64,000 nt of DNA. It comes from Dendrobates tinctorius (taxonomy: Eukaryota). Shown here in pieces: positions 38,901-50,220 of the stretch. Each line of letters begins with the position of its first letter. Position 1 is the first letter of the stretch. The notes beneath the pieces are model-generated. The model was not told the origin of the DNA and did not search any database. It was given only the letters and a program-made list of their open reading frames with translations. The stretch spans positions 6,634,001-6,698,000 of the forward strand of contig NW_027361788.1 in NCBI RefSeq assembly GCF_039654945.1, read 5' to 3'. A program made the translations under genes and the position numbers.

Positions 38901-39936
38901 AATGTCTAAGCATGCAACTGGTATTCAAATTTCTGAGTTGTTTACCTTGGCTAAAGGTCCTTCCGCACTTCTTACAGGTAACCTTTGCCTCATCAGTAGG
39001 ATTTTGGACAAAGAAGTGCCACACTGCACTCTTTCTACTATGGTATACATTTTCTGGCCTTGCACGCTGTGCTAAGTTGACCGTCTGGCCAAGCTGTCCT
39101 GCAACTCTTTTAGTTTTTGGTCCACGTTTTTGGACAGCTACCGGCCTGCCAGATAACCGCTGCTGCGATGTCAATGCCTGCTGCGGATCCTTCTTCTTAT
39201 CTGAACTATTGCCAGCGCCACCCTCCTCCCCCAATGGATGCCAATCCGGGTCAAGAACTGGGTCATCCATCACCTCCTCTTCAAAGTCATCTGCACCTTC
39301 CTCTTTACCTTCCTCTGTGTCACCTTGTAAGGTGGTATAGTATGTGGGAAGGGGCACCTGAGTTTCATCAGGTTCAGATTCTGGCTCAGTAGACGGCGAG
39401 GGCAATGTAGTGCTCTGGGTCAATGTACCAGCAGAATCATCTAGCAGTGGCTGTGCATCAGTGCACTCCATGTCAGATTCATCTTTTACTGGGGAATTCA
39501 TGATTTGACTGGATAACCCAGGCATGGTGTGTGAAAAGAGCTCCATAGAGTAATCTGAAGTGTGGGCTGCTGCATCCTTAACTTTTGGTGGGGGTGAAGG
39601 ACACAAGGAAAGGTGTTTTTCCTGACCAGAACCCTGCACTGACGACTCTGTGTTTGCAGCTTTCGAACGTTCAGAAGAGGAGGCAATAGAGCTGGTGGCT
39701 GTTTCGGCAATGTACGCCAATACCTGTTCCTGATGCTCTGGCTTTAAAAGCGGTTTTCCTACTTCAAGAAAAGGGAACCTTACTGGCCTTCTTGGGCCAG
39801 ATGGTGATGCAGGCTGCACACCTCCTGCCTTAGCTGCTATTGTGCTTTTGTCAGAACCAGTGGATGCACCACCACCATCAGTACCAGCTACGCCCCCTTG
39901 CCCACGTCCGTGACCTCTTCCACCATACTTCCTCAT
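35985..39936 (-). pseudogene. hAT transposase (BED finger, DDE core, dimerisation domain), disrupted
   Basis: ORFs 39936-38857 and 38745-36913 are in the same frame, separated by one TAA. BED finger SAVWHFF...CKKC...MLRHLFNMH; HLTTDAWSS, VVSDNGRN, LAHTLNL, DVATRWNST, DPRYK. After an insertion/deletion the C-terminus LACPAASVLSERVFSAAG...RTRLS..NVDDLTFVKMN lies at about 36180-35985. Confidence 0.92.
36180..36955 (+). mobile_element. Penelope pseudo-LTR fragment interrupting the hAT transposase
   Basis: Begins CCTGACGAAGCCAC-CTAGA-GTGGAGACACGCGTC (degenerate hammerhead), then a T-rich tract. hAT coding sequence stops at both edges. Confidence 0.6.
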
Positions 39937-39969
39937 GTTTGGGAAATTGTACCAAAAATACCAGCAGAG

Positions 39970-41050
39970 AGATGGTACTGAATGAGGAGCATCCAGCTGT
40001 GTAAGGTGTATTTAAAAAATTAAATCTACGTATATATTTTGTTAGTCACTGATGCTCTCCCAGTATGTATTTGACCGTAATCCAACAAGCAGATATACGG
40101 AACTGTATCAGAAGTGTACAGCTCTATATGTTTTTTGTGTAACGAACAATCTCCATATATGTATTTACGGAGAGTCACACACAGACACTGACTCTGTATA
40201 GATGTGATGTGACTGTAATGCGAACGGCAGATATACAATACTGTTTGAGAATCGGACAGCTCTATACGGTGTCTGTATTGAAAATTGTCAATCTCCGTCT
40301 ATTTTTATACAGAGTGACACACGCTGTCTCTGTATAGTTTTGACCATAATCAAACAGCTGATATACGAAACTGTTTGAAAAGCTGACAGCTCTATACGGT
40401 GTAGGTCTGGAAAAATGGAAAATCTCCTCGGCTTGTTTTTCCAGAGTCACACACAGATAGCTTCTATTTATCCGTGATAACAGCCGGTACACGGTAGTGT
40501 GTGAAGAGTGTACACCGCTATACGGTGTCTGTAGGGAAAATTGTCAATCTCCGTCTATTTTTATACGGAGTGACATATGCTGTCTCTGTATAGTTTTGAG
40601 CGTAATCAAACACCAGATATACGAAACTGTTTGAAAAGCGGACAGCTCTATAAGGTGTAGGTCTTGAAAAATGGAAAATCTCCTCGGCTTGTTTTTCCAG
40701 AGTCACACACAGATAGCTTCTATTTGTCCGTGATACCAGCCGGTACACGGTAGTGTGTGAAGAGCGTACACCGCTATACGGTGTCTGTATGGAAAACTGT
40801 CAATCTCCGTATATTTTTATACGGAGTGAGTCACGCTGTCTCTGTATAGTTTTGACCATAATCAAACAGCTGATATACGAAACTGTTTGAAAAGCAGACA
40901 GCTCTATACGGTGTAGGTCTGGAAAAATGGAAAATCTCCTTGGCTTGTTTTTCCAGAGTCACACACAGATAGCTTGTATTTGTCCGTGATACCAGCCAGT
41001 ACATGGTAGTGTGTGAGGAGCATACACCGCTATGCGGTGTGTGAAAAAAA
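39970..41050. repeat. hAT subterminal tandem repeat, 256-bp period (dimer of about 128-bp units)
   Basis: CTATACGGTGTCTGTA..GAAAA.TGTCAATCTCCGT recurs at about 40262, 40518 and 40774. Track ORFs 40262 and 40518 are near-identical. Confidence 0.9.
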
Positions 41051-42244
41051 TGAACGCTCGGTAACACACCAGAACAAAATAATAAAAGTTGGAGTGCTTT
41101 GAAAAAAGCAGTTTGAACAGCAGTGTGCACACAGCAATGCAGCTGTCAGGTAGCCTTAAAAGGCAGCCTAATCACCACCAGCACTGCTGCACACAACAAA
41201 AATCTTCCCCTTTCACTGCACACTAACTGTACAGTGAAAAGCGCTATCAGCCGAAGCAATTCTTTATTCTTCTTCCCTGCCTAACGCTCTCCCTTATTCA
41301 GAATCACCAGCAGCACCTCTCCCTTTTCTAAGATTGGCAGAAGTAAGATGGTGGTTGGCGGTCACGGCCTTTTATAGCCACTGTGATGCCACACAAAGCC
41401 AGCCAATCACTTCAATGCCCTTCTCTAAGATGGTGGTGGCCACTGCCCATGTCATCGCGTTGCCCACAGTGTGCGTCCTCCATCATTGGCTGAGAAAAGG
41501 CGCTGAAAGCATTATTTGAAACGCGACTTTGGCGCTCGACTCGGCGACCTCAAGGCCGACCTCACGCTATGGTCGGGTTTCGATCGGCGAAACCCGACTT
41601 TGGCGAAAGTCGTCGATTTTTGAATCTGACCGACCTGTTCCGCTCAACTCTAGTCAAAACCAAATAAAGCTGACTGGAATGCTGTAAAGACAGTAATGCG
41701 TTATTTGAAAGGAACCAGCAACGTTAAGCTCAAACTACCCACAAGTGATAATTGCATTTTAACAGGATACGTTGATGCAGATTGGGCTGGAGATCCAACT
41801 GACAGCAGATCTACCAGTGGACATATTTTTTTCCTCTCAGCTGGACCAATAAGTTGGACAAATAAGAAACAGTCAATTATGACACTGTCTTCAACAGAAG
41901 CAGAGTATGTTGCAGCAGCACATGCAAGTCAAGAGGTTCTGTGGTTAAGACAATTGTTGACAGACTTAGGACAACCACAGTTGGAACCAACAAAATTGAA
42001 AAAGGACAATCAAGGATGTCTTGTTCTTGCTCAGATGGAAAGAGTCAATCCAAGAACCAAGCATATTGATGTGAAGTATCATTTTTTGAGAGATCATCAG
42101 GAATAAGGAGTCTTGAAATTAGAATATTGTCCTACTGAAGAAATGACAGCAGACATCTTCATGAAGGCGTTGAATGCTGATAATCACCAGAGACTAATAA
42201 AAAAGTTGGGTTTGATTGAATAAGTCCTTACTGTTGAGAAAGGG

Positions 42245-42515
42245 TGTTGGCATATGCAACAGAAATGGAATTGTTTATGTAAAGGAGGACTTTACACTAG
42301 CCTGACAGCAGATGGCGATAGTGTGAAGTTAAATGTTTGCTGTATTGTGGGGAAGGAAGTTATCTCTTGTTTTTGTTACTTTTACATTCGCTGTGTGCTT
42401 CTGAATTCTTATCTCATGTTTACCCATATGAAGTAAATACTGTTTACTGAAGATAACTTGCTCAGTCAAGTTCTCAGGTGTATCAGTGGATTCTCAAACG
42501 ATACACTCTGCTACA
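42245..42515 (+). repeat. Copia 3' LTR
   Basis: Direct repeat of 26568-26871, lacking about 30 bp internally. Preceded by a polypurine tract and followed by the TSD GTTCT. Confidence 0.95.
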
Positions 42516-43614
42516 GTTCTCCCTTGACTTCATGCCACTGCCATCAAAGACTATCATGATGGAAGCTGGCAAAGGAGGTCTAGCTTCTTCAGCGATCAGT
42601 CAGACTTTTAATCATGATGCAGTAATAGCTGTAAGTTGGTAGGGAGGCCACTTTGGCAAAACCATGAGGAGACCTTCACAAGGGAAATGTAATTGTGTCC
42701 CTGGATCTGTTTTTAAATACAAGGCATGTTGCTAATGATGCAATGCGAACCCTGCATGATCTAAACAAGCTAATATGGCCTGCAGTGTCTCCAAACGAGC
42801 ACATCTGGGATGTCACTGGCCACCAATTTCAAAGGGAGCTGCCAGCAGCTGATCTTTATTAATTGCTTTCCCATGTGTAGGGACGGGCGGACCGGTGGAA
42901 GTTTGGCTTCTGGTATCTGACCCAAACTTTTTAAAAAGTTCTGTTCGGGTACCAAAAGAGTACCCAAACTTCCACCCAAAACAGAATCCATTGAAAATAA
43001 TTGATAACCGAACTGTAAGAAAAAAAATCTATCTTTCTCTTTCTCCTCTGCGCCACCACGGATTTACCCTGTTTAATAGAATTCAGCGCTGAAGAACATT
43101 CCTCGTAACCGTGATTGATTTCTGCATGTGGCCCTCATACTTGATACTGAATTAAATGAGATGTTTTTAAAACTTAGTTTCCATTTCATAAATTACATAT
43201 TCCGTAATTTCCATAAATACACCACTTTTCCTTGATGGTACTGCAATTTCAATGTTGAGCATGGTATCTAGTAAGACTCTAGCAGCAAGATTTCACCTTT
43301 CCAGCTAATTATGTGCGCATGTAGCCCTTTCAAAGTCACATCCAGCAATCCCTTTACATGGCCAGTCCTTTTCTCCATAACTTAGAAATCAGCATTTGAA
43401 TTAATATGCCAATGAAGCTGAAGAGCTATTTGTAGATCTGAAGCCTCTGTCACTCCAGCTCTGTTCGCCACCCAACACCCAGTCCTCCTGCTTAACGGAC
43501 AGCGTCCATTCTGTGTGACTTCAGGAAAAGGTGTATTTAGTCAAGCAGAAGGAGGCATGTGGTAATGTACTCCGAGACTTGCATGTACTTAATGTTTTTT
43601 TCTTCTCTTTTTAG

Positions 43615-44250
43615 AGCTGCGGCCACTTACTGCTTTGGTTTTTGAGCAGAGAACTGATACCAAATATGCCAAGTTAATGGCAACCTTCCCGTCTTTTCAT
43701 GACATCACAGTTTGTGCCCATATACAGTGGGACAACACAAGCAAAGATTTTGAAACTGTCTTCTCGTATGCGGTGAAGAATTTCATCAATGAGTTTCAGC
43801 TGCGTGGGATGAGCGATGAGGATGGGTTTGTTCGGTTTGCGGTCATAATTCACGGCCAACATTCAGGGTTTTCTTCTATATTCTCTAATGATGGACAATG
43901 GCATCACATCTGCATAACTTGGCAAAGACGGAATGAAACCATGAGTCTGTATGCGGATGGTGGATGGAAAGTCTCCTCCAAGATCTCTGCATCAGAGGAC
44001 ATCATCATGGGGGGCATCTTTATCATTGGACAGGATCAAGACTCTTACGGTGGGACATTTAAAGAAAAGGAATCTTTTAGCGGTAATATCACTAGTCTCA
44101 ATGTCTGGGCGAAGGTTCTCAGTCAGGACCAGATACAAAGGCTGTCACTATGCCATAAACTGGAGCAGGACATTGTCTTTGGATGGACCACCCACAAACT
44201 GGAAATTGAGCCTACACTGAAAAAACTGCAGGTGAACTCTGTCTGTTCAG
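43615..44250 (+). CDS. ADGRD2: ADGRD2-like coding exon 4, pentraxin (PTX/LamG-like) domain
   Basis: Long polypyrimidine acceptor ...TTCTCTTTTTAG, donor GTATGA, 636 nt, phase 1-1, open frame. Carries the pentraxin signature WHHICITW and GGIFIIGQDQDSYGG...FSGNITSLNVW. TVCAHIQWD, QLRG and IIHGQH match GPR144 as recalled. Confidence 0.92.
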
Positions 44251-45609
44251 GTATGAGGCAGCTGGAGGGGTTGGGGAAGTTATTATGCTTTCTAGAAGGG
44301 AATTTTAGGTAGCCAAGAGTTTTCCTGTTTTCATCTTTTAGTGCGAAACTTTCAAATACACTCCATTTTCATGGTCATTGCTTGCAGTCAGTGAATAGGA
44401 ATATTCGGGGTAAAATCTTGTTCTGATAATGTTACGCCAACACTGATACATCTTTCACTATGAGAGTTTTGGCCGTCTTAAAGGGGGTATTCTGAAAACA
44501 TGATTTTGGTGGCCTGCTTTTTTCAATAGGGCATTAATGTCATTTTGGAGGGGTTCAACTACTGAATAATTAACCAAAAAGCACCTTCTCAACTGGCGTG
44601 AATAGTTTAATCCCTAAATTGGTGTGAATATTGTAGTCTCTGATAAAAACAGTGGAGGAGAAAAGCGCAAAAATAGGGCCTTATTCGGTAATAATAATCA
44701 AGGATGGCATCCATATGTGTTACACTGATCCCCGATTGTGTGTTTGCTACAGAGCAACCGGTGATTTTCCCAAAAAAATCTATACATAAAAAAAGGAAAG
44801 TTTGTGGTCTGTAAGATGCTCAGATTATTTGTCCTTTTTGGACCAATATAACTAATTCACTTGTATTAAAATATTCAATTTTTTGCATCACACACACCAC
44901 ATCATTTATTTCTATATTTTCCCATTCTTCCTCCCTCAGCTTTTATGTGTTTCCTCGATCTCAGATCCAACATCTCCTTCTAGCCTCATGAGTAAATGAC
45001 CACCACTGCTTTACTTCCCACGCGTTTCAGTGTTCGAATTAGGGAAATAAGATAAAAAATATATTTTTCTCCACAGGAGTAGTGAAGTATAAGAAAAGAA
45101 ATACAATGTATATAAATATAAACCAATGGCGCAAAACCGTGCAGCACCGGAACACAAAGCAGCAAGTATTAAAAACAATCCGCCACTCAAATTGTCTCAG
45201 TGAAAATAATAATAAACCTTATACAAACTTGCGCTGGTAGAATGTGTCCTGATTAGATGGGAGATATCTTATGGGGAGGTCTGTTACCTTACTGAGGCTT
45301 AATACGATGAGCCCAGAGAGACAGAAGTCCAGGTCCTTCACAGAGAAACTCCCCGGCACAGCGATGAATAGAGTTGCTGGAGCTAAAAGGTACTACCTCT
45401 TAGCTTGCCGCCGTCCCGGCCGGTGACTGGCGTGCAACTGGAGGTGTGTATCGGCAGGCTGTATAGATGCCAGCCGCCGCTTACAAAAACATGCCTGCAA
45501 GGTCCGAGAGCGCTGAAGGACCTTGCGTGACGTCACAGTCACGTGGGCAGTCACGTGACAGGCAGGAAAAACGCTAGGAAGCGCTAAAGGGGCCAAGAAA
45601 CACTAATAG

Positions 45610-45651
45610 ATGCTACGCGTTACGGAATTCACTGATTCCTTCTTCAGGGAT
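45610..45651 (-). ncRNA. Mirror hammerhead motif
   Basis: Reverse complement of 47785-47826 with one helix I mismatch (GCAT for GGAT) and the same GTAA core variant. Confidence 0.7.
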
Positions 45652-45719
45652 GGCCCCCTGAAACAGGAATAACCCTTATATAGCCTCCAGTGTATATCCT
45701 CTATTAACAAAACATCATA

Positions 45720-46488
45720 TTAAGCATTAAAAGCAAATAGCTCAATTTCACTGTTTAGACCATTTGGGATCAGAGTATTTAATTCAAAAATCCATTTGCT
45801 CTCTATCCTGGACATTTGGTGGATAAAATTGCCTTTCCTAAAGCTTCTTTTAACAATTTGAATCCCAGTCACTTTAGTGTCCCTTAAAGAGCTCCCATGG
45901 TGTATAAAATAGTGATTAGAAAGGGGGTGACCTGTAAATTTATTACAGATATTACGTAGATGTTCCCCAATTCTAACGTTTCGGGGACGTATAGTTCTAC
46001 CTATATATAATTTGTCACATGGACATGTGATGCAATATATCACCCCCTTCGTGTCACAGGTGATGAAATCACGGATCTGAATCTCCATGGACTTATTCAC
46101 AATCGAGAGTTGTTTTTTGCTGCCTAATTTTTTGCAAGATGCGCATTTTTTGCAGGGAAAAAAACCATTTAGTGGCTGATGTAAATGAGAATTGGGGCCT
46201 GGTGTTGGTATAGAAATAGAAGGGGCTACCAGATTACTCAAATTATTTGCCCTTCTAAAGATAAACCTAGGGCGAGCTGGTAATGCTTCCCCTATGATTT
46301 TATCATTTTTCAAAATACCCCAGTGTTTATTCACAATTTTTCTAAAAATATGGCTTTTTGAATTATACTGGGTGATAATAGGAACCTCATCTATAATAAG
46401 GTTTTCTTTATTTTTTATTTTATGTCTAAGGAATTGTTCCCTCGGTATGTTCCCAATATATTCCCTGGTAGCTCGCAGGGCTTGGGTA
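45720..46488 (-). pseudogene. Mirror copy of the Penelope GIY-YIG region
   Basis: Track ORF 45720-46334 matches the last 204 aa of the + ORF except for a few residues (e.g. E/Q, F/Y). Confidence 0.9.
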
Positions 46489-46549
46489 ATATTCTTGAAT
46501 TGGGTTGAAATTGGATTTCTTTTTTAGACCGGTATGTTGATAAGGGTCT

Positions 46550-47716
46550 ATGGAGGGCAGGCTGCGCGCGAATCTGGTACTCTGGCACCGCTTCATAGAT
46601 GATATTGTTTTTATTTGGTCTGGCGGGCCTACTCTTTTAGCTGATTTTATTGACGAATTGAATAAAAATTGTTATTTTTTAAAATTTACTGCAACGACAA
46701 GCCTCACGGAGATTAACTTTTTAGATTTAAAATTTTTTATTGAGGATAACACTATCCAGACACGATTATTTCACAAACCTACTGATTCAAACAATTATAT
46801 TTCATTAGAAAGTTGTCATCTCCCAAGTTGGCTTCTGAATATCCCAAAGAGCCAGTTTATACGGGCCCATAGAAATTGCTCCAAGTCACAGGATTACTTA
46901 ACTGAAGCTGAAACCCTAATTAAAAAATTCTGCCAAAAAGGATATGATACCCAAGCCCTGCGAGCTACCAGGGAATATATTGGGAACATACCGAGGGAAC
47001 AATTCCTTAGACCTAAAATAAAAAATAAAGAAAACCTTATTATAGATGAGGTTCCTATTATCACCCAGTATAATTCAAATAGCCATATTTTTAGAAAAAT
47101 TGTGAATAAACACTGGGGTATTTTGAAAAATGATAAAATCATAGGGCAAGCATTACCAGCTCGCCCTAGGTTTATCTTTAGAAGGGCAAATAATTTGAGT
47201 AATCTGGTAGCCCCTTCTATTTCTATACCAACACCAGGCCCCAATTCTCATTTACATCAGCCACTAAATGGTTTTTTTCCCTGCAAAAAATGCGCATCTT
47301 GCAAAAAATTAGGCAGCAAAAAACAACTCTCGATTGTGAATAAGTCCATGGAGATTCAGATCCGTGATTTCATCACCTGTGACACGAAGGGGGTGATATA
47401 TTGCATCACATGTCCATGTGACAAATTATATATAGGTAGAACTATACGTCCCCGAAACGTTAGAATTGGGGAACATCTACGTAATATCTGTAATAAATTT
47501 ACAGGTCACCCCCTTTCTAATCACTATTTTATACACCATGGGAGCTCTTTAAGGGACACTAAAGTGACTGGGATTCAAATTGTTAAAAGAAGCTTTAGGA
47601 AAGGCAATTTTATCCACCAAATGTCCAGGATAGAGAGCAAATGGATTTTTGAATTAAATACTCTGATCCCAAATGGTCTAAACAGTGAAATTGAGCTATA
47701 TGCTTTTAATGCTTAA
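46550..47716 (+). CDS. Penelope-like RT C-terminus plus GIY-YIG endonuclease (5'-truncated, open)
   Basis: WHRFIDDIVFIW, INFLDL, LFHKPTDSN, SCH..IPKSQFIR..RNCS, Cys knuckle CKKCASCK, GVIYCITCPCDKLYIGRT.R...RIGEH, ESKWI...PNGLN. The annotated Met is internal to the native ORF. Confidence 0.9.
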   Translation: MEGRLRANLVLWHRFIDDIVFIWSGGPTLLADFIDELNKNCYFLKFTATTSLTEINFLDLKFFIEDNTIQTRLFHKPTDSNNYISLESCHLPSWLLNIPKSQFIRAHRNCSKSQDYLTEAETLIKKFCQKGYDTQALRATREYIGNIPREQFLRPKIKNKENLIIDEVPIITQYNSNSHIFRKIVNKHWGILKNDKIIGQALPARPRFIFRRANNLSNLVAPSISIPTPGPNSHLHQPLNGFFPCKKCASCKKLGSKKQLSIVNKSMEIQIRDFITCDTKGVIYCITCPCDKLYIGRTIRPRNVRIGEHLRNICNKFTGHPLSNHYFIHHGSSLRDTKVTGIQIVKRSFRKGNFIHQMSRIESKWIFELNTLIPNGLNSEIELYAFNA

Positions 47717-47784
47717 TATGATGTTTTGTTAATAGAGGATATACACTGGAGGCTATATAAGGGTTATTCCTGTTTCAGGGGGCC

Positions 47785-47826
47785 ATCCCTGAAGAAGGAA
47801 TCAGTGAATTCCGTAACGCGTAGGAT
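47785..47826 (+). ncRNA. Minimal type I hammerhead ribozyme motif (core variant GUAA)
   Basis: Helix I ATCC/GGAT, core CTGAAGA, helix II GGAAT-CAGTGA-ATTCC, GTAA in place of GAAA, palindromic helix III ACGCGT, GTA cleavage triplet. Located in the Penelope 3' pseudo-LTR. Confidence 0.75.
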
Positions 47827-48356
47827 CTATCAGTGTTTCTTGGCCCCTTTAGCGCTTCCTAGCGTTTTTCCTGCCTGTCACGCGACTGCCCACGTGACTG
47901 TGACGTCACGCAAGGTCCTTCAGCGCTCTCGGACCTTGCAGGCATGTTTTTGTAAGCGGCGGCTGGCATCTATACAGCCTGCCGATACACACCTCCAGTT
48001 GCACGCCAGTCACCGGCCGGGACGGCGGCAAGCTAAGAGGTAGTACCTTTTAGCTCCAGCAACTCTATTCATCGCTGTGCCGGGGAGTTTCTCTGTGAAG
48101 GACCTGGACTTCTGTCTCTCTGGGCTCATCGTATTAAGCCTCAGTAAGGTAACAGACCTCCCCATAAGATATCTCCCATCTAATCAGGACACATTCTACC
48201 AGCACAAGTTTGTATAAGGTTTATAAGTATAAGAAAAGAAAGACAGTCTTGTAACAGTACATTTATTGCATGACATTTTTGTATAATAATTTATTTTGTT
48301 ATGTTTTTAAATTCCCTCAATTTCTATGTGTCTAGCGGTTTATTTATTTATTCTTA

Positions 48357-49633
<1,277 letters not shown>

Positions 49634-49808
49634 TATATACATTTACAAACTTTTTTTCTCACTTAAATCGCATCATGTGTCTACCCTATGAACTCACATC
49701 ACATCTGACACATCACATTGTCATGTGTCTCTCTTTGCACTCTTTTTTTCCCCCAAAATGTTCATCTAAATAAATTTTTGGGAACCCTGTATATGCATAT
49801 GGTTTTTG

Positions 49809-49848
49809 TTTCCTAAAGAAGTGGGCTACACTTCGAAACGCGTAGAAA
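49809..49848 (+). ncRNA. Degenerate minimal hammerhead motif
   Basis: TTTC-CTAAAGA-AGTG-GGCTA-CACT-TC-GAAACGCGTA-GAAA: helix I TTTC/GAAA, core CTAAAGA (CTGAAGA with G>A), intact GAAAC, palindrome ACGCGT. Confidence 0.6.
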
Positions 49849-50017
49849 AAAAACCCAAAAAACATTGTTTTCAATTATCTCTGACATTTGAAATTTCTTC
49901 ATCAGCTGACAGCACAGATAGAGACCACAAACTTATAATTTTTTTACGTATGTGAAAAATGGACTGTCGTCAGTGTGTAGTCTCTCTCCATGTTCTCTCC
50001 ATCAGTCAGTGAAAAGA

Positions 50018-50220
50018 AGTTATTGTTTGCCAAGATGTCGGTACACCTGGAGGCTCGTAGATTGAGCTGAGTTAGTTTGCCAAGATGTCGATGCACCAAG
50101 TGCCTCATAGATTGAGCTGAGTTATTGTTTGCCAAGATGTCTCTACACCAGGCGCCTCATAGACTGAGCCAAGTTATTGTTTGCCAAGATGTCGGTACAC
50201 CAGGTGCCTCATAGATTGAG
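50018..50220. repeat. 52-bp tandem repeat, four copies
   Basis: CAAGATGTC at 50031, 50081, 50133 and 50185. Unit AGTTATTGTTTGCCAAGATGTCGGTACACCAGG.GCCTCATAGATTGAGCTG. Confidence 0.9.

Larger units (their letters stand above)
32487..41652 (-). mobile_element. Chimeric hAT DNA transposon (9166 bp) inserted in the Copia RT/RNase H region
   Basis: 8-bp TSD GTCAAAAC (32479-86, 41653-60), TIR TAGAGATGAGC / GCTCAACTCTA, CCGAC/GTCGG subterminal motifs at both ends. Removing it restores ILSRKVSKPNKADWNAVK. Confidence 0.95.
27173..42222 (+). pseudogene. Copia gag-pol, disrupted (segments 27173-27994, 28802-29552, 30837-32486, 41653-42222)
   Basis: Track ORFs 27173, 28721, 29233, 30725, 31340, 32057 and 41696 carry successive Copia motifs, broken by stops, frameshifts and insertions. 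Confidence 0.9.
26568..42515 (+). mobile_element. Full-length Ty1/Copia LTR retrotransposon (pseudogenised, with three nested insertions)
   Basis: LTRs 26568-26871 and 42245-42515 (TGTTGG...CTACA), 5-bp TSD GTTCT (26563-67, 42516-20), PBS GGTTATGGGTCCAG at 26872, PPT GAGAAAGGG before 42245. Domain order gag (LNSENYQLWKFKVEMLL; CFRCKKKGHLKKDC), PR (WFINSGATSHM), IN (LVHTDVCGP, SDNGGEF, QNGVAER), RT (ARLVAKGYSQ, DVKTAFLNG, YVDD), RH (YVDADWAGD, SSTEAEY, TKHIDVKYH). Confidence 0.97.
26000..42870 (+). mobile_element. Old Tc1-like element split by the Copia insertion (pieces about 26000-26567 and 42516-42870)
   Basis: Joining across the TSD reads LQARCPATGS|PLTSCHCHQRLS, then FFSDQSR and WPAVSP..EHIWDV, which are Tc1 transposase motifs. 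Confidence 0.65.
45102..48224. mobile_element. Penelope-like element (Neptune-type), 5'-truncated inverted dimer
   Basis: 17-bp TSD AAGTATAAGAAAAGAAA (45085-45101, 48225-48241). Inverted arms 45212-46488 / 46948-48224 (1277 bp each). RT-GIY-YIG ORF on + and its mirrored 3' part on -. Confidence 0.95.

Noticed and set aside
36913-39936. Domesticated ZBED-type host gene
   Set aside because: It lies within TIRs and an 8-bp TSD inside a retrotransposon, has an internal stop, and is cut off from its C-terminus.
43635-44312. Stand-alone 225-aa pentraxin (CRP/SAP-like) gene as in the ORF track
   Set aside because: No ATG or signal peptide. It is bounded by strong splice sites at 43615 and 44250 and joins flanking exons in frame.
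50018-50220. 52-bp repeat as a mini CRISPR array
   Set aside because: The whole unit repeats with point changes only; there are no spacers.
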